Positions 41,254-53,132 of a DNA stretch of 64,000 nt are shown piece after piece. Location: the NCBI GenBank assembly GCA_965262715.1, contig OZ253553.1, forward strand, positions 1,152,001 to 1,216,000. The letters are read 5' to 3'. Made by a program: the position numbers and the translations under genes. The notes below the pieces were generated by a model. It did not search any database, was not told the DNA's origin, and saw nothing but the letters and a program-made list of their open reading frames with translations. The stretch is from Bdellovibrionales bacterium (GTDB lineage Bacteria > Bdellovibrionota > Bdellovibrionia > Bdellovibrionales > JAUICD01). Each line of letters begins with the position of its first letter. Within the stretch, counting starts at the first letter, position 1.

Positions 41254-42167
41254 GTGAAAGAAATATAGCTGCTTCAGTAAGGAATCGATTACTCAATCTC
41301 GCAAAAAAAACCAAACAAGACTTTAATTTACTAGTTACTAAGTATTGTATTGAACGCTTGATGTATCGTCTCAGCATTTCTGAATATGCTGAACATTTTT
41401 TGTTAAAAGGAGCTTTACTATTCGACTTATGGTTCGACATTCCTTATCGTTCCACAAGAGACGCAGATTTTCTGGGTCTTGGCTCTTCTGACTTATCAGT
41501 TATCGAAGATATTTTTAAGAAAATCTGTAATCTTAACTCTGAAGATGGAGTGATATTTAAATCTGAAACTGTAAAGGTTAAAGCCATTCGCAAAGAAGCT
41601 AACTATCCAGGGTTGCGAGTCACTTTTCTGGCAATGATTGAAAACATGAAATGTTCAATTCAAGTTGATATAGGTTTTGGAGATATAGTTACACCTAGCC
41701 CCGAGGACATTGAATATCCTACAATTCTGAATGAATTTGCAGCACCTAGATTACGAGCTTATTCATGTTATACTGTAGTTGCAGAAAAACTTGAGGCTCT
41801 AACAAAACTTGGAATAGCTAATAGTCGTATGAAAGACTACTTTGATCTATGGATTCTGTCTCGTCACACAAACTTTGACGGTAATATACTCCGCAACTCT
41901 ATTCATGCAACATTTACACGTCGAAAAACAGAGATACCCAATGAACTACCTTTTGGGTTAACTGAGGCCTTTGCTCAGGATATTCAAAAGCAGACGCAAT
42001 GGTCTGCTTTTTTACAAAAAAACTCTCTTGAATCATTATCTCTAAAAGATATTGTACACTTTCTTTCTGGCTTCTTACAGCCAGTAATCCAGTCAGCGAG
42101 TACAAGGGGCTTATTTGATTTCTTTTGGACAAATGGTGGTCCGTGGTCACCTAAATCATATAATTAA
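41250..42167 (+). CDS. abiEii: AbiEii nucleotidyltransferase toxin
   Basis: LLKGALL, R.TRDAD, AEKLEA, NSRMKDYFD. Confidence 0.9.
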   Translation: MSERNIAASVRNRLLNLAKKTKQDFNLLVTKYCIERLMYRLSISEYAEHFLLKGALLFDLWFDIPYRSTRDADFLGLGSSDLSVIEDIFKKICNLNSEDGVIFKSETVKVKAIRKEANYPGLRVTFLAMIENMKCSIQVDIGFGDIVTPSPEDIEYPTILNEFAAPRLRAYSCYTVVAEKLEALTKLGIANSRMKDYFDLWILSRHTNFDGNILRNSIHATFTRRKTEIPNELPFGLTEAFAQDIQKQTQWSAFLQKNSLESLSLKDIVHFLSGFLQPVIQSASTRGLFDFFWTNGGPWSPKSYN

Positions 42168-42427
42168 ATTGACACAATCAAATTAAATTCTCTAAGATTA
42201 TCTATTTAGTGAACAATTGAAGTATTGTTTGAATAGTTACTGGCTTTAAGTCTTCAATTTTATGAATGAGATGGGTGCAACTTTGTTTGATTGAATCTCT
42301 GTCTATTAAAGTAAATGCCGTTTCATTCTACTTCAAACTCTGAGCAAATTAAAAGCACAACTTATGATTCACTCTTTTGAAAAATAACACTCGTTTAAAG
42401 CAAGAAAAAGGTTCGAATTGGTGTCAC

Positions 42428-42621
42428 TGGTGGACGCTACACCTCAATATGTAGAAAACGTGCTCAATCCACAGTTTTCAATGAAATCAACTATTTCCAT
42501 CGCATCCTCATCTATCTCTGAAAGCGTACTCAAACAAAAATATCTTAAAAATCACCTCTCAATAAGAGAAATTGCTAAGAAGTTTTCGTTCTCAAAAACC
42601 AAAGTCAGAAGCCTACTTTAA
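42428..42621 (+). pseudogene. Truncated HTH/recombinase-domain module gene
   Basis: Matches the N-terminal part of the 4383 and 9545 copies. Confidence 0.75.
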
Positions 42622-42736
42622 TAAAAGTTTCCCAATTTCTTCAGTGCTATATAGCTCAGTTGAGTTTTTTCCGATTTATTTATAAGTCAAACCACAATAA
42701 GTTTATCTTTCATCAAAAAAGCACTTTAGAGAGAAA

Positions 42737-43420
42737 ATGGTTCTAAAAAATTTGATTATATCTTTCTGTATGCTCCTTTTAATAGGAAGTTTTCATAGGC
42801 AAATGTTTGCCAAAGCAACAAACCAGCCTATAGTCCTTCAATTTCAGGTTTCTCATACAAGAAATACTAATCAAACATCTCTGATCTTTAAAAACAAGAC
42901 GGTAGAATTTGTCACAAATGTGTCTCAAATATCCAGTCAAATGCCATCATCTAGTAAAAATAACTCCATCCGTCTAGGTCATTTTCATACTCCTTTAAAT
43001 GACCGATTTGAACTTCTAAAAAAGAAGATACAAGTCTATCAAAGGCTTTTAGAAAAAAAAGGAAAAGGCATTGATTTGAGCAAGGCAATGAAAGCTACAG
43101 GTATTAATGATTTTGATATGGACCCTCATGCTCCCATCATTCGTTTGGGCATGAATGGACAAAGTATTGAAGTGAGAGAATCTAATCCTTATTTTAAATC
43201 TCTACACAGAATATTACTTGATGCTCAAAAACATAAATGGGATTGCCTGTCTTGTGCTGAGTACAAAAAGGATGGAAAAAATATCGTCAGGACTTTTAAA
43301 AAGAAAGGCCGTCAAACTGCATCAGCAGTTTTTTCTAAATCTCATTTACAATGTCTCTATTTAAACAAACGACGTATAGAATGCCTAGATCAGCAATTTG
43401 GCTTATTTGAATTGGAGTAA
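42737..43420 (+). CDS. Hypothetical secreted protein
   Basis: Signal peptide; 227 aa. Confidence 0.7.
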   Translation: MVLKNLIISFCMLLLIGSFHRQMFAKATNQPIVLQFQVSHTRNTNQTSLIFKNKTVEFVTNVSQISSQMPSSSKNNSIRLGHFHTPLNDRFELLKKKIQVYQRLLEKKGKGIDLSKAMKATGINDFDMDPHAPIIRLGMNGQSIEVRESNPYFKSLHRILLDAQKHKWDCLSCAEYKKDGKNIVRTFKKKGRQTASAVFSKSHLQCLYLNKRRIECLDQQFGLFELE

Positions 43421-43438
43421 ATATAAAGGATTTCATTT

Positions 43439-45433
43439 ATGAAAGGTATTTTATATACAACTTGGATGATCATCCTGCTCAAGGGATCTGTCTGTTTTGG
43501 CCAAGCTATTCAAAGAGATGTATCTAATTGGCTAGTTAGTATTAAGTTAGAACCTAAACCTCCTCCTTGTTATAAAGTCAATTGCCCTGGTTATCCATAT
43601 TCTGATGGAGTTATCACATTTCAAAATGGGAAAGTAGATATTTCTGCCTTTGTGGAACGTGCAGAAACTCTGCTTCAACAGTCTGATTATCAAAATAATC
43701 TATTTTTTGAAAATTTACAACATGCTTTTAAAATATCTGTGAAAGATTTATGTCATGTTGAAACATATTCTGAAAATCAAATTCAATCTTGTGAAACTGA
43801 GTTCGAAAGATCTTTGGAGCAAGCTGAAATGCAACTCCGAGAATCACAAGTTGATCGTATTTTATTACCAAACACTTATGATCCTGTTGGACATCTTTCA
43901 GATCAAGTTGTTAGTAAGGCACATCAAAAACTCGCTTTAGATTGTTTAACTGCTTGTAGTGATACGTCTATTTCGTCCTTGCTTAGTCATGGAAACCAAG
44001 ATCAATATCAAGAAGCCGTTCGCAGGCTTTCTGAAAAAGGCCCTGATTGCCTTAAAAATGCCCTAGCTGCTTTAGGTCGACAAATTCAAACAACCAATGA
44101 AAGCAACCTTTTGCCTAACAGTTGTGAAAATGAAAGAGGCCAGCAAAGAAGGGTATGTAACAGATGGAAACATAATGAACAAATTATTATAGGAAGACTC
44201 TCAAATCTTACTGATTTGATCCTCTCTCAAACATCTTCACAAGCATTGCAATCTTTAGATACTTGTTTGGAAAATCAAACTTCTTTTTCTGCTTTAGAAG
44301 AATTTTTAAAGGACTTAGATGATGAGATGCTTTGTCGTCCTTATCAAAAAGGGGAAGAAAGATATATTTCTGTATGGCCAGGTCATTATAAACTCAAAAG
44401 AGAGGGTGATGGAAGTTATACAGTTTCTCTTGCTATCAGCTTTGCTCCGGCAGACGATTATGATAATAACAGTCATGTCCCAAAGAATCAGGTTAATTCC
44501 TATTATAAGGAAAAAACAAGAAAATGTTTAAACGAAGCCAGTTCAAAAATACAAGGTCCCAATGGAGAGCAGTTAAATATTGTGATTGAAGATGTTCATC
44601 AGGATTCTTGCCTTCCAGAAAAGCAAATTTTCATCACAGCTAAAAACGGATACACAGATACAAGCTATTATGCAGCAGATATTATTTGTCCAACCATAGC
44701 CCATGAAATTTTGCATGACCTAGGCCTTTTTGATAAATACAAAGAATCAAGCAGAGGATATTTCGTTGATGTAGAAACAGGTATGGTTTTAGAAACAGAA
44801 GATATGAAAGATTATAATATTGAAGATAGAAAAAACTTTGTGTTTCAACCCAAATTTAATTGCCGTGTGACACAAGAAGAAAGCTTCATGGCTATTCATT
44901 TAACGAGATGGAATAGATCTTTCCAAGTTTCTGGAAGAAGAGAGGATCATAATGCTTATTCGTTTTCATTGTTAGATCCTGCAGAATTTAATGCCATTTT
45001 GTATGGTAACTGTACAAAAAGAGAAGACGTTCGCATTTTAAGAGAGTGTTCCAGATTAGCATACACCACAAGTTATCTTAATAGAAGTAGTCGTGAGGAT
45101 AACTGTCCTCCTTTGAAAACAGAATGTGAACGTCAAAATGTTCAAGGAAAATCTCTAGCACAAATTCAAGCAGAAGAAAGAATTTTATCCAGACGAATAA
45201 ACTCACTGAACTCTCATATTAATAATTATAGTAGCAAATTGATGGCCTTAGAGCAAATGGATAGACAAACAAGAGTGCATGGCCCAGACTTTGAATGCAG
45301 TTACCGTAATGTTGACATACATGAATGTAAGGAATTTCTAGAATGGGGTATAAAGCAAAATACAAGAAAAAAAGACGGCTTAATACAAAGGCAAGAACGA
45401 CTATTACAGATCATGCCAAGTTCTAACCCTTAA
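43439..45433 (+). CDS. Secreted Cys-rich protein with HExxH zinc-metallopeptidase motif
   Basis: Signal peptide; TIAHEILHDLGLFDKY. Confidence 0.75.
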   Translation: MKGILYTTWMIILLKGSVCFGQAIQRDVSNWLVSIKLEPKPPPCYKVNCPGYPYSDGVITFQNGKVDISAFVERAETLLQQSDYQNNLFFENLQHAFKISVKDLCHVETYSENQIQSCETEFERSLEQAEMQLRESQVDRILLPNTYDPVGHLSDQVVSKAHQKLALDCLTACSDTSISSLLSHGNQDQYQEAVRRLSEKGPDCLKNALAALGRQIQTTNESNLLPNSCENERGQQRRVCNRWKHNEQIIIGRLSNLTDLILSQTSSQALQSLDTCLENQTSFSALEEFLKDLDDEMLCRPYQKGEERYISVWPGHYKLKREGDGSYTVSLAISFAPADDYDNNSHVPKNQVNSYYKEKTRKCLNEASSKIQGPNGEQLNIVIEDVHQDSCLPEKQIFITAKNGYTDTSYYAADIICPTIAHEILHDLGLFDKYKESSRGYFVDVETGMVLETEDMKDYNIEDRKNFVFQPKFNCRVTQEESFMAIHLTRWNRSFQVSGRREDHNAYSFSLLDPAEFNAILYGNCTKREDVRILRECSRLAYTTSYLNRSSREDNCPPLKTECERQNVQGKSLAQIQAEERILSRRINSLNSHINNYSSKLMALEQMDRQTRVHGPDFECSYRNVDIHECKEFLEWGIKQNTRKKDGLIQRQERLLQIMPSSNP

Positions 45434-45595
45434 ACATTTCTGAAAAAATTTTCTAGATTTCACCAGAAGTGTGATATTTTATCGTAAGCCTTTATCTGCT
45501 GAGAAGTTTATTTCAGAGGATAAAAATTTCGGTATAAATTTCAGTATAAAAGGAAAGAAAAAAGTCGCCAGAGGCGAGATGCATTTTAGTGAGAT

Positions 45596-45882
45596 TGGCG
45601 GAGTAGCTGAAGTATTGGATATCTCCACTTATGACTCCAGCTATGTATCTTTATTTATTACACATTTTTTTAATACTCCAGAAAAAAAACTCTAAAATTT
45701 TACGGAAACTTTATGTTGATCTTAAGCTTTCCACTCGTGATATTGAAAGACTCACCCAATTTTCATGGTCAAAAAGCTCTATTTTAAGGGCTTTAAGAGA
45801 GCACAAAATATTTACGCACGAATTTTTAAAAAAAGAGGAAGTAATAAAAATATTCATTAAAGTTATTATAGATATATCATGA
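45596..45882 (+). pseudogene. Divergent HTH remnant following a junction core
   Basis: LRKLYVDLKLSTRDIERLT..WSKSSILRALREHKI resembles the module HTH. Confidence 0.45.
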
Positions 45883-46076
45883 ACCAACTAAAAATAAAGA
45901 ACCAGAGGACAAAAATTGTAAGTTAAGTTATAAAAATTGTGAGTAAAGATGCCCTTTAAACCCTTATATTTTGAATTTTCAATCCTTAAAATCAATTTTA
46001 AACGTACTTTATGACATAAATGCAATTGGCATAAATCTTGAAACAATAAAAATGATTTTTACAAAAACAAGAGGAA

Positions 46077-47076
46077 ATGAAAGTTATGAAACTTTTTAGG
46101 AATACTTTGGTTTTTAGTTTATTTATTTATAGCTTTGCTTTACCTGCTTTTGCTCAAGAGGCAATAGATTTGGAATTAGCCAAACTGATGGAAGCACAAA
46201 ATGTCGGTGAATCAAACATAAGAACAAGAGAATTACATGTTTTACCCATGTCCAATGATTTGGTGTATCTTGGAGACTTTTTCAATGAAATGTATTCATT
46301 ATATAATGGTAGAGGGCGACCCCCATATGATTATGATGTGAACAATGATCGTATTATCACTTATCGTATTTATGATGTTTCTTTCTTAGCAAATGGACAG
46401 CAGAAGTCTTTGATACTTGGCATTGAAGAGAATAAGGAACATTCTTCTGCAGAAATACTTCAAAAAGTCAGAGCTATTTTGGGCAAAATGCCGGAGAGAT
46501 GGTTAAGTAAAGTGCATTTTATTAGGATAAAAAGGGAAACTAATCCTAACAGAAAACATGGTCAGTTTAAATTAACTGGAGGGGCTCCTTTTGCTTCTTC
46601 TCGTGGTTGTAATGCATGCAGCTTTTGGCAACAAATGTTTCCTCAAGTATCAAAGGGTTAGCCATACAGGTAGAAGTAGAATGGAATTTCATCATTACAA
46701 CACAATTCAAGTCAATTTCGATTATTCTCAAAGGGAATCTGCTGAGTATAGAGATCTTGTTACTAAAACAATGCAACATGAATTGGGACATTTGATTGCA
46801 AGACACTCTGAGTATGGGTATTCTAGCCAAGAGTGGTACGATGCTATCGTAAAAGATGGTACATTTACTTATGGAAATATTAGAACTTCTGAAGATGATA
46901 GACATTATGATATTGAGCAAGACTTTGCTGAAACAGTGGCTATTTACTTAACAACATATAGAGGATTTTACAATGACCCATACATCAACACGCTAGAGCC
47001 TGCAACAGACTATCGCCATCGATTTGCTATTTTGGATAGAATTATGGGCATAGATGAAATGAAGAATGCCTTATAA
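46077..47076 (+). pseudogene. Frameshifted secreted zinc-metallopeptidase-like protein
   Basis: Signal-peptide ORF 46077..46661 overlaps ORF 46591..47076 with HELGH...EQDFAE. Confidence 0.6.
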
Positions 47077-47094
47077 ACGCCCATTAAAAAACTA

Positions 47095-47245
47095 GTCGAG
47101 GGGAATAGGGGAATTTCACCCCTAAACCCTCACAGAATCGTGCGTGACAGTCTCCCGTCACATGGCTCTTATCATTAAAACCCTTGCCATGACAACACAA
47201 GCTTCCGCAAGTCTCTTTAGCCATTTGCAAAACCTTCTAAACCTT
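47095..47245 (-). mobile_element. Group II intron 3' remnant (domains V and VI plus end of the RT gene)
   Basis: GAGCCATGTGACGGGAGACTGTCACGCACGATTC-TGTGAGGG..GGGGTGAAATTCCCC..CCCTCGAC. Confidence 0.85.
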
Positions 47246-47249
47246 CTTC

Positions 47250-47382
47250 TCATTCAAATTAAATAATTTACTATAATCTTTCATGATAATTAAAACTTTG
47301 TTGAAATATTAATCTTAAAATGATACAACTTTTAAAAATATCTATAAACACAAAAGAGTTGCACTTGCGATTTGAAGTTACG
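47250..47382 (+). mobile_element. IS30 right-end fragment
   Basis: Matches 163-293 and the reverse complement of 37102-37233. Confidence 0.85.
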
Positions 47383-47419
47383 AGATCATTTATCCTAAAT
47401 AAACTTAATGAGTTAACTA

Positions 47420-48913
47420 ATGATAGAAACCATTACTTTTGCACAAAATGAACATTTAATACAAAAACCTGAAACTATAAAGAGAGAATTAGGGCAGTAT
47501 TTTACAAATCAGACAATAGCTAATTATATGGCTGAAATGATTCATCCAATAAATGCACCTATTGTTCGTATCTTAGATGCTGGAGCGGGGACAGGAATAC
47601 TCACCATTTTTTCTGCTATACACTGTTTGAAACTGGGACACAAACATATTCATGCTGTTTTATATGAAATTGATGAAGATATTTTGTCAAATCTCACAAC
47701 GAATATGAAGTACCTAACTTATATATTTAAAAAACGGGGAGGCAAATTTACTTTCAAAATTTACAATAAAGATTTTGTACTAGCTAGACCAGATAAAACT
47801 GAAAAGGCTTTCCACATATCTTCAATTAATCCTCCTTATTTTAAATATAACTCTAAAACTTCCCCTTACGCGAAGGCCACTTCTGATCTATATAAAGGAA
47901 ACCCTAACATTTACGCTTCATTTATGGCTATAGTCTCTTCCTGTCTAGCCCCTAATGGTCAAATGATTGCCATTGTTCCTCGTAGCTTTACTAATGGCCT
48001 CTATTTCAAAGGTTTTCGTCAATATATGAATCAGGTAATGAACCTAAATAAAATTCATATTTTCAGAGCAAGAAATCAGGTGTTTAAAGAGTTATCTGTA
48101 TTACAGGAAAATATCATTTGTTGTTATACCAAATGTAACCAGCAATCACATATTGAAATTTGTGCTTCTACTGGATACAAAGACTTGAAACAAATAGAAA
48201 AAAACCGATATTCAGAAAAGCAAATCATTGATAGATCCACAAAACACGAAATAATTAGGATTCCTGAAACTTCAAAAGACGCAAAAATATTAAAAACTGT
48301 GGAAAAATGGCCAACTAGCTTTCAAGAAAATGGCTATTTTATATCAACAGGACCAATCGTTGAATATCGTGCTAAAAAATATATAACCAACTCAAAGGAA
48401 AAAAAACATTCTATACCTCTATTAAAAATGCATAATATTAAAGCTTTTCAAACTAAATGGACTGGGGATAATAAAAAGGATGCTTATTTCAAATTGATTG
48501 ATGGTTATGAAAAACATATCTCTATCAATCAATTATATGTAATTTTAAAACGGTTCAGTTCAAAAGATGAAAAGCGTCGTCTTATCGCTGCAGTCCATAA
48601 CCCACAAATTATAAAAAGCAACCTACTAGCTATGGAAAATCATCTTAATTACATAGGAAGAAGAGATGGGCCATTAAGTTTATCCGAAGCTTATGGTCTT
48701 GCCACTCTTTTTAATTCTACACTTATGGATAAATATTTTCGATGTCTATCTGGTAATACACAAGTGAATGCTACAGAGATTAAATTATTAAAAATGCCAA
48801 CCAGAAAAACTATTTATCAAATAGGAGAGTTATTTCTAAAAAATATGGAAACTACTCAGAATAAAATTGACAGCATTATAGATTTCTATTTAGAAGAAAC
48901 AATAATCACATGA
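47420..48913 (+). CDS. Type II N6-adenine DNA methyltransferase (BsuBI/PstI-like)
   Basis: [32 protein letters not shown]. Confidence 0.9.
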   Translation: MIETITFAQNEHLIQKPETIKRELGQYFTNQTIANYMAEMIHPINAPIVRILDAGAGTGILTIFSAIHCLKLGHKHIHAVLYEIDEDILSNLTTNMKYLTYIFKKRGGKFTFKIYNKDFVLARPDKTEKAFHISSINPPYFKYNSKTSPYAKATSDLYKGNPNIYASFMAIVSSCLAPNGQMIAIVPRSFTNGLYFKGFRQYMNQVMNLNKIHIFRARNQVFKELSVLQENIICCYTKCNQQSHIEICASTGYKDLKQIEKNRYSEKQIIDRSTKHEIIRIPETSKDAKILKTVEKWPTSFQENGYFISTGPIVEYRAKKYITNSKEKKHSIPLLKMHNIKAFQTKWTGDNKKDAYFKLIDGYEKHISINQLYVILKRFSSKDEKRRLIAAVHNPQIIKSNLLAMENHLNYIGRRDGPLSLSEAYGLATLFNSTLMDKYFRCLSGNTQVNATEIKLLKMPTRKTIYQIGELFLKNMETTQNKIDSIIDFYLEETIIT

Positions 48914-49863
48914 GTAAAAAAAGAAAGTTGATTCAAGCTCAAGAAATACTTAAAGCATTAGAATTACCTAAACAGCAATACAATAATCGATCTGCTTGGG
49001 TGTTTCTAGCGTTAGCTCATATACGTCCAAAAGATAAATGGCAAAATGCAAAAGCTCCTTTATTACCAACTGTGGATATTATGCAATTCATCCGTGAACA
49101 CTATGACCAAGACTACAAACCAAATACAAGAGAAACTATCCGGCGTCAAACACTTCATCAATTTGAACAAGCGAGAATAGTTGATAGAAACCGTGACAAC
49201 CCTTCTAGAGCGACTAACAGCAAGAATAATAATTATTCGCTAAACCAAGCTGTTATAGAAGTGCTAAAGAGATATCCAAACGATAATTGGAAACAAAAAA
49301 TTAAGGAATATAAGGAAGATTTGCCAAAACTCCAAAAGATATATAAGCGCATTTTAAACAAGACAAAAATTCCAGTAAGGCTTCCTAGTGGCAAGAAAAT
49401 AAAATTATCACCAGGGAAACATAATCAATTACATAAAGACATTGTAGATGAGTTTTGCTCACGCTTCATTGGAAGTTCAGGAATAATACTTTATATAGGT
49501 GATACAGCTAAAAGTCGAAATGAAGGCGGTAAATTTATGGTATTAGAAAAAAAACAATTAAAAGCTCTAGGTATTCCTACAATATTACATGAGAAACTTT
49601 CTGATCTAATAGTATATGATAAAAAAAGAAAAAGGATATTCCTTATTGAAGCTGTTACCAGCCATGGACCAATATCACCAAAAAGATATATTGAAATGGA
49701 AAAAATATTAAAAAACTGTAAGATAAAAAAAATATATGTTTCTGCCTTCCCAGACATCAATGAATTCCGCCGACACATTATGGATATAGCTTGGGAGACA
49801 GAAGTATGGATAGCAGATAATCCAGATCATATGATCCATTTTAATGGAGATCATTTTTTATGA
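48910..49863 (+). CDS. BsuBI/PstI-family restriction endonuclease
   Basis: [48 protein letters not shown]. Confidence 0.9.
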   Translation: MSKKRKLIQAQEILKALELPKQQYNNRSAWVFLALAHIRPKDKWQNAKAPLLPTVDIMQFIREHYDQDYKPNTRETIRRQTLHQFEQARIVDRNRDNPSRATNSKNNNYSLNQAVIEVLKRYPNDNWKQKIKEYKEDLPKLQKIYKRILNKTKIPVRLPSGKKIKLSPGKHNQLHKDIVDEFCSRFIGSSGIILYIGDTAKSRNEGGKFMVLEKKQLKALGIPTILHEKLSDLIVYDKKRKRIFLIEAVTSHGPISPKRYIEMEKILKNCKIKKIYVSAFPDINEFRRHIMDIAWETEVWIADNPDHMIHFNGDHFL

Positions 49864-49867
49864 ATAT

Positions 49868-49917
49868 AAAAATATCTATAAACACAAAAGGAGTTGCACT
49901 TGCAATTTGAAGTTACG
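49868..49917 (+). mobile_element. IS30 right-end fragment
   Basis: AAAAATATCTATAAACACAAAAGGAGTTGCACTTGCAATTTGAAGTTACG. Confidence 0.8.
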
Positions 49918-50250
49918 TATAAATATTAGAGGTTTATAAAAAAATAACTTACAAGTTTTTAAAAAGTTTCTATTTGTGAACTTATGGTTGTGTAAGACGG
50001 TTTTGAATGAGGCTTTATAAGTATTTTTTTTTATTTATGCAACAACGTCTATCAAGACCCATAAGTTCAACTAGGGATTTAGCAAAACCTTCTGTAGATC
50101 GCAATTTTAAACCAAATACATCTCTCTAACAAATTAAGGCCACTTTATAAAAACTATCTGTAGATAAGTAATAGGTATTAAAAAAAATTTTCTTCACATT
50201 CAGTTTTAAAATATAGAGAACTGAATTATTGACTTAACTTTTGCAAGGCA

Positions 50251-51456
50251 TCAATCAGACAACTCATCTCCAAAACGACTTATATAATCTTGAAATGTAA
50301 AGCCCTTTGCTTTTTGAAGATTGCCATCCTCGCAAAAATAATAAATATCTGGAAGGTTGATCCCATTAAACATGTGAGCTTTAACAAAAGCATAGCTCCC
50401 AATCTCTTTAAAGATGACCTTAGAACCTATTTTCAAAGGCTCCTTAAAACTCTGAATTCCAAAATGATCAAGTGAATATAAACAATTACAACCTGCAAGG
50501 GCATATACATGATCTCCATTTTCTTTTAAAAATTCAGGCATAATCTGAAATTCTAAAACTTCAGGTAAATGATTCACAGTAGTATCTAACAAAGCCACAT
50601 CTTGATTATCCCTCTTGAAAAGATCAATAACAGAAGTAACTAAATAACCTACTTGTTTTACTAAAGAGGCACCTGGCTCCATAAATATCTCTTCAAAGTT
50701 ATCATATTTATTTCTTATGTAACTTATCAATTTTGGAAAAATATCAATATTGTCGGACTGATCTAAATAATACCCTCCTCCTAAATTAAGCCATTTAAAT
50801 TTTTTTAAATGATCTTTTAATATAGATTCAACTTTTTTAAAAGTTTCCTCTAATTGAGAAAGATTAGAGTTCATATGAGAATTATGAATGTGAATACCTG
50901 TGATTTTCCTAGAAAGTTCAGGATGATTATCTAAAAAGTATAAAAATTTATTTAATGGAACCCCTAATTTTGGAGGCATGTTATCAGAACCATAATCATA
51001 GTTGAGGAATACCAACTCTGAGTCTAAGCGCATCCCATACTCAACATGAGGTAAAAGCTTGTCTTGAAAAGATGTTAACTGCTCAAGTGTATTGAAGCTC
51101 ATAAAATTAATATATTTATGCAAATTATTCCATTCTCTTTCTCTAATAGCAGGACTAACATATAATATGTCTTTCTTCATATTTGCTATCCCATGACGAG
51201 GCAAATCAGAGATCTGAGTTTCAAAGAGAGAGCTTACAGAAAACCCATCTATAAAAGGAATGAGGTCTCTAAGTATTGTTAAATTGGATGCTGCCTTAAC
51301 AGCATATAGAAGCTTACAGTTTGCTCGATCCATCAACTGTCTATGAACTAATGCTTTCTTCCTGAGAAGAACTCTATCAAAAACAAAAAATGGAGTAGGT
51401 AGTCCCTGTAATGGTTTATGATGAGAACCAATAAGAAAAGAGTCAAACATCCACAA
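50251..51456 (-). CDS. PLP-dependent decarboxylase, carboxynorspermidine decarboxylase-like
   Basis: TPFFVFD, LYAVKA, SSLFE, KLG, LNLGGG, MEPG, AGCNCL..D, FNGINLP. Confidence 0.8.
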   Translation of the reverse strand: MWMFDSFLIGSHHKPLQGLPTPFFVFDRVLLRKKALVHRQLMDRANCKLLYAVKAASNLTILRDLIPFIDGFSVSSLFETQISDLPRHGIANMKKDILYVSPAIREREWNNLHKYINFMSFNTLEQLTSFQDKLLPHVEYGMRLDSELVFLNYDYGSDNMPPKLGVPLNKFLYFLDNHPELSRKITGIHIHNSHMNSNLSQLEETFKKVESILKDHLKKFKWLNLGGGYYLDQSDNIDIFPKLISYIRNKYDNFEEIFMEPGASLVKQVGYLVTSVIDLFKRDNQDVALLDTTVNHLPEVLEFQIMPEFLKENGDHVYALAGCNCLYSLDHFGIQSFKEPLKIGSKVIFKEIGSYAFVKAHMFNGINLPDIYYFCEDGNLQKAKGFTFQDYISRFGDELSD

Positions 51457-51612
51457 CCCTAAACATTAGATTTCAAATTATTCTTTATTTAATTATATAT
51501 TTTCCAATATTTTTGTAAAAGATACTTTGAAATCATGTTTCTTCGCGTTATTGTCAATAAGAGATTTCTAAATCATTAAACAGTTAAAATGCTATATAAA
51601 ACTATAATTTGT

Positions 51613-51810
51613 TCATTTAACTGAAATGTCAATTTTACTTTGTGCTGCTTTTAGATAGATATCAAGAGAATGATCCACAGCATCTACAATAATTTTTAAA
51701 TAATCATCCTTTGACTTGCCAAGCTGTGCCTTTTCTAAAGAATGGAGATAGGCAAGCCTATCTACTTTAAGGATAATAGCTAATGGATATCCCGTCATTA
51801 ATAAAATCAT
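51613..51810 (-). pseudogene. C-terminal fragment of a Fic-family protein
   Basis: ILLMTGYPLAII..DRLAYLHSLEKAQ; the catalytic motif is missing. Confidence 0.6.
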
Positions 51811-51921
51811 AAAGTGAAAGATTTACAAGGCACAGGGGTTGCCTATTGCCTATGAAAGATGCCTGACATAATTCTCTAATCTTTTATATACATATTCTTT
51901 AAATCTTTATGCAACAAGACC
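51810..51921 (+). mobile_element. IS903-like end fragment
   Basis: TAAATCTTTATGCAACAAGACC matches the TIR of the 1060-1205 element. Confidence 0.6.
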
Positions 51922-51929
51922 ATATTGTA

Positions 51930-52927
51930 TTAGTTCTTTTCTTTTGATTGTGAACTTAAACTTTCTAGTTCCTTTATATCTGCTTGATCAGCCTTAATAG
52001 CTTCAAACATCTTTCTTTTTTGATCAAATTCTTCATATCGAGATTCTGCAAGTTTTTTTGCCACCTCTGCTTCAATCTTACCTGAATGGGTAAGCAATTC
52101 CTGTTCATTAAATTCTAAAAATGTATTAAGTTTTTCTTCCCATTGATCCATAGTTATTGTTTGACGATTTCTTGCTTGAAGTTCAGCATAGTCAAGGTAC
52201 ATGGTCACAATGTGATTGAGTTTTTCTACTTCCTTATGATCAAGATAGTTTTTAGAAATAGCTACATCAGACTTGCGAGAAATGCTTCCCTTCCAAGAAG
52301 TAAGTCCCATGTTAGGTTTTTCAGGATCACAGCGATTTTCAATAATTTCTGCATCTGTCTTGCCTGTAATAGCCCAAAGCATTTTATTTTGAACTTTTTT
52401 AAAGAAAAGTTGGGCTTTTTCACTGTCTTTGTCATAGTCAATGGCTGTGGTGTATATGTCCTTAATCTTTTGATAAAATCGCTTCTCTGATGCCCTAATA
52501 TCACGGATGCGAGCAAGCCACTCATCAAAATAATCCCATTTGTCGGCTTGTTTCAATCGTTCATCGTTCATCACAAAGCCTTTAACAAGGTATTCTTTTA
52601 AAGTGGTTGTGGCCCATTGACGAAATTGAGTGCCTCGAGGTGACCTGACCCGATAACCCACAGCTAAAATAGCATCAAGGCTATAGAAAAAAGTCTTGTA
52701 ATTTTTACCATCTAAGGCAGTTGTTAAGGATTCCTTAACAACTGAATCTTGAGATAACTCCCCATCTTCAAAAATATTTTTTAAGTGCATGCTGATATTA
52801 GGCTTTGTAGCATTAAAAAGCTCTGCCATCTCTTTTTGAGTCAACCAGACTGTGCCATCAAAGGCATGTAGTTGAATTTCGACCTTCTCATCTTGTGTTC
52901 TTAGAGGATGATCTCTCCCTTATTCAT
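51930..52927 (-). pseudogene. rhuM: RhuM-family DNA-binding protein with 5' frameshift
   Basis: WLTQKEMAELF, VGYRVRS.RGTQFRQWAT, RIRDIRASEKRFY; apparent 1-bp deletion near 52902. Confidence 0.8.
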
Positions 52928-53132
52928 ATTCACACCTTCATCTTTTCATACAAACTTCTATTTTTTTTATTTCTTCAAGGTATTCATGCATTTTAAGATT
53001 TTATGATTTTTAACTTAGGTTTTAGCAAAAAAAGAAATTTTTAAATACTATTTTTTGAATATTTAAATATTGTGAAAAGAAGACCCTTCAAGTTCTCGCA
53101 TGTATGAGGACTTTTATTGCACATTGTGAAAA

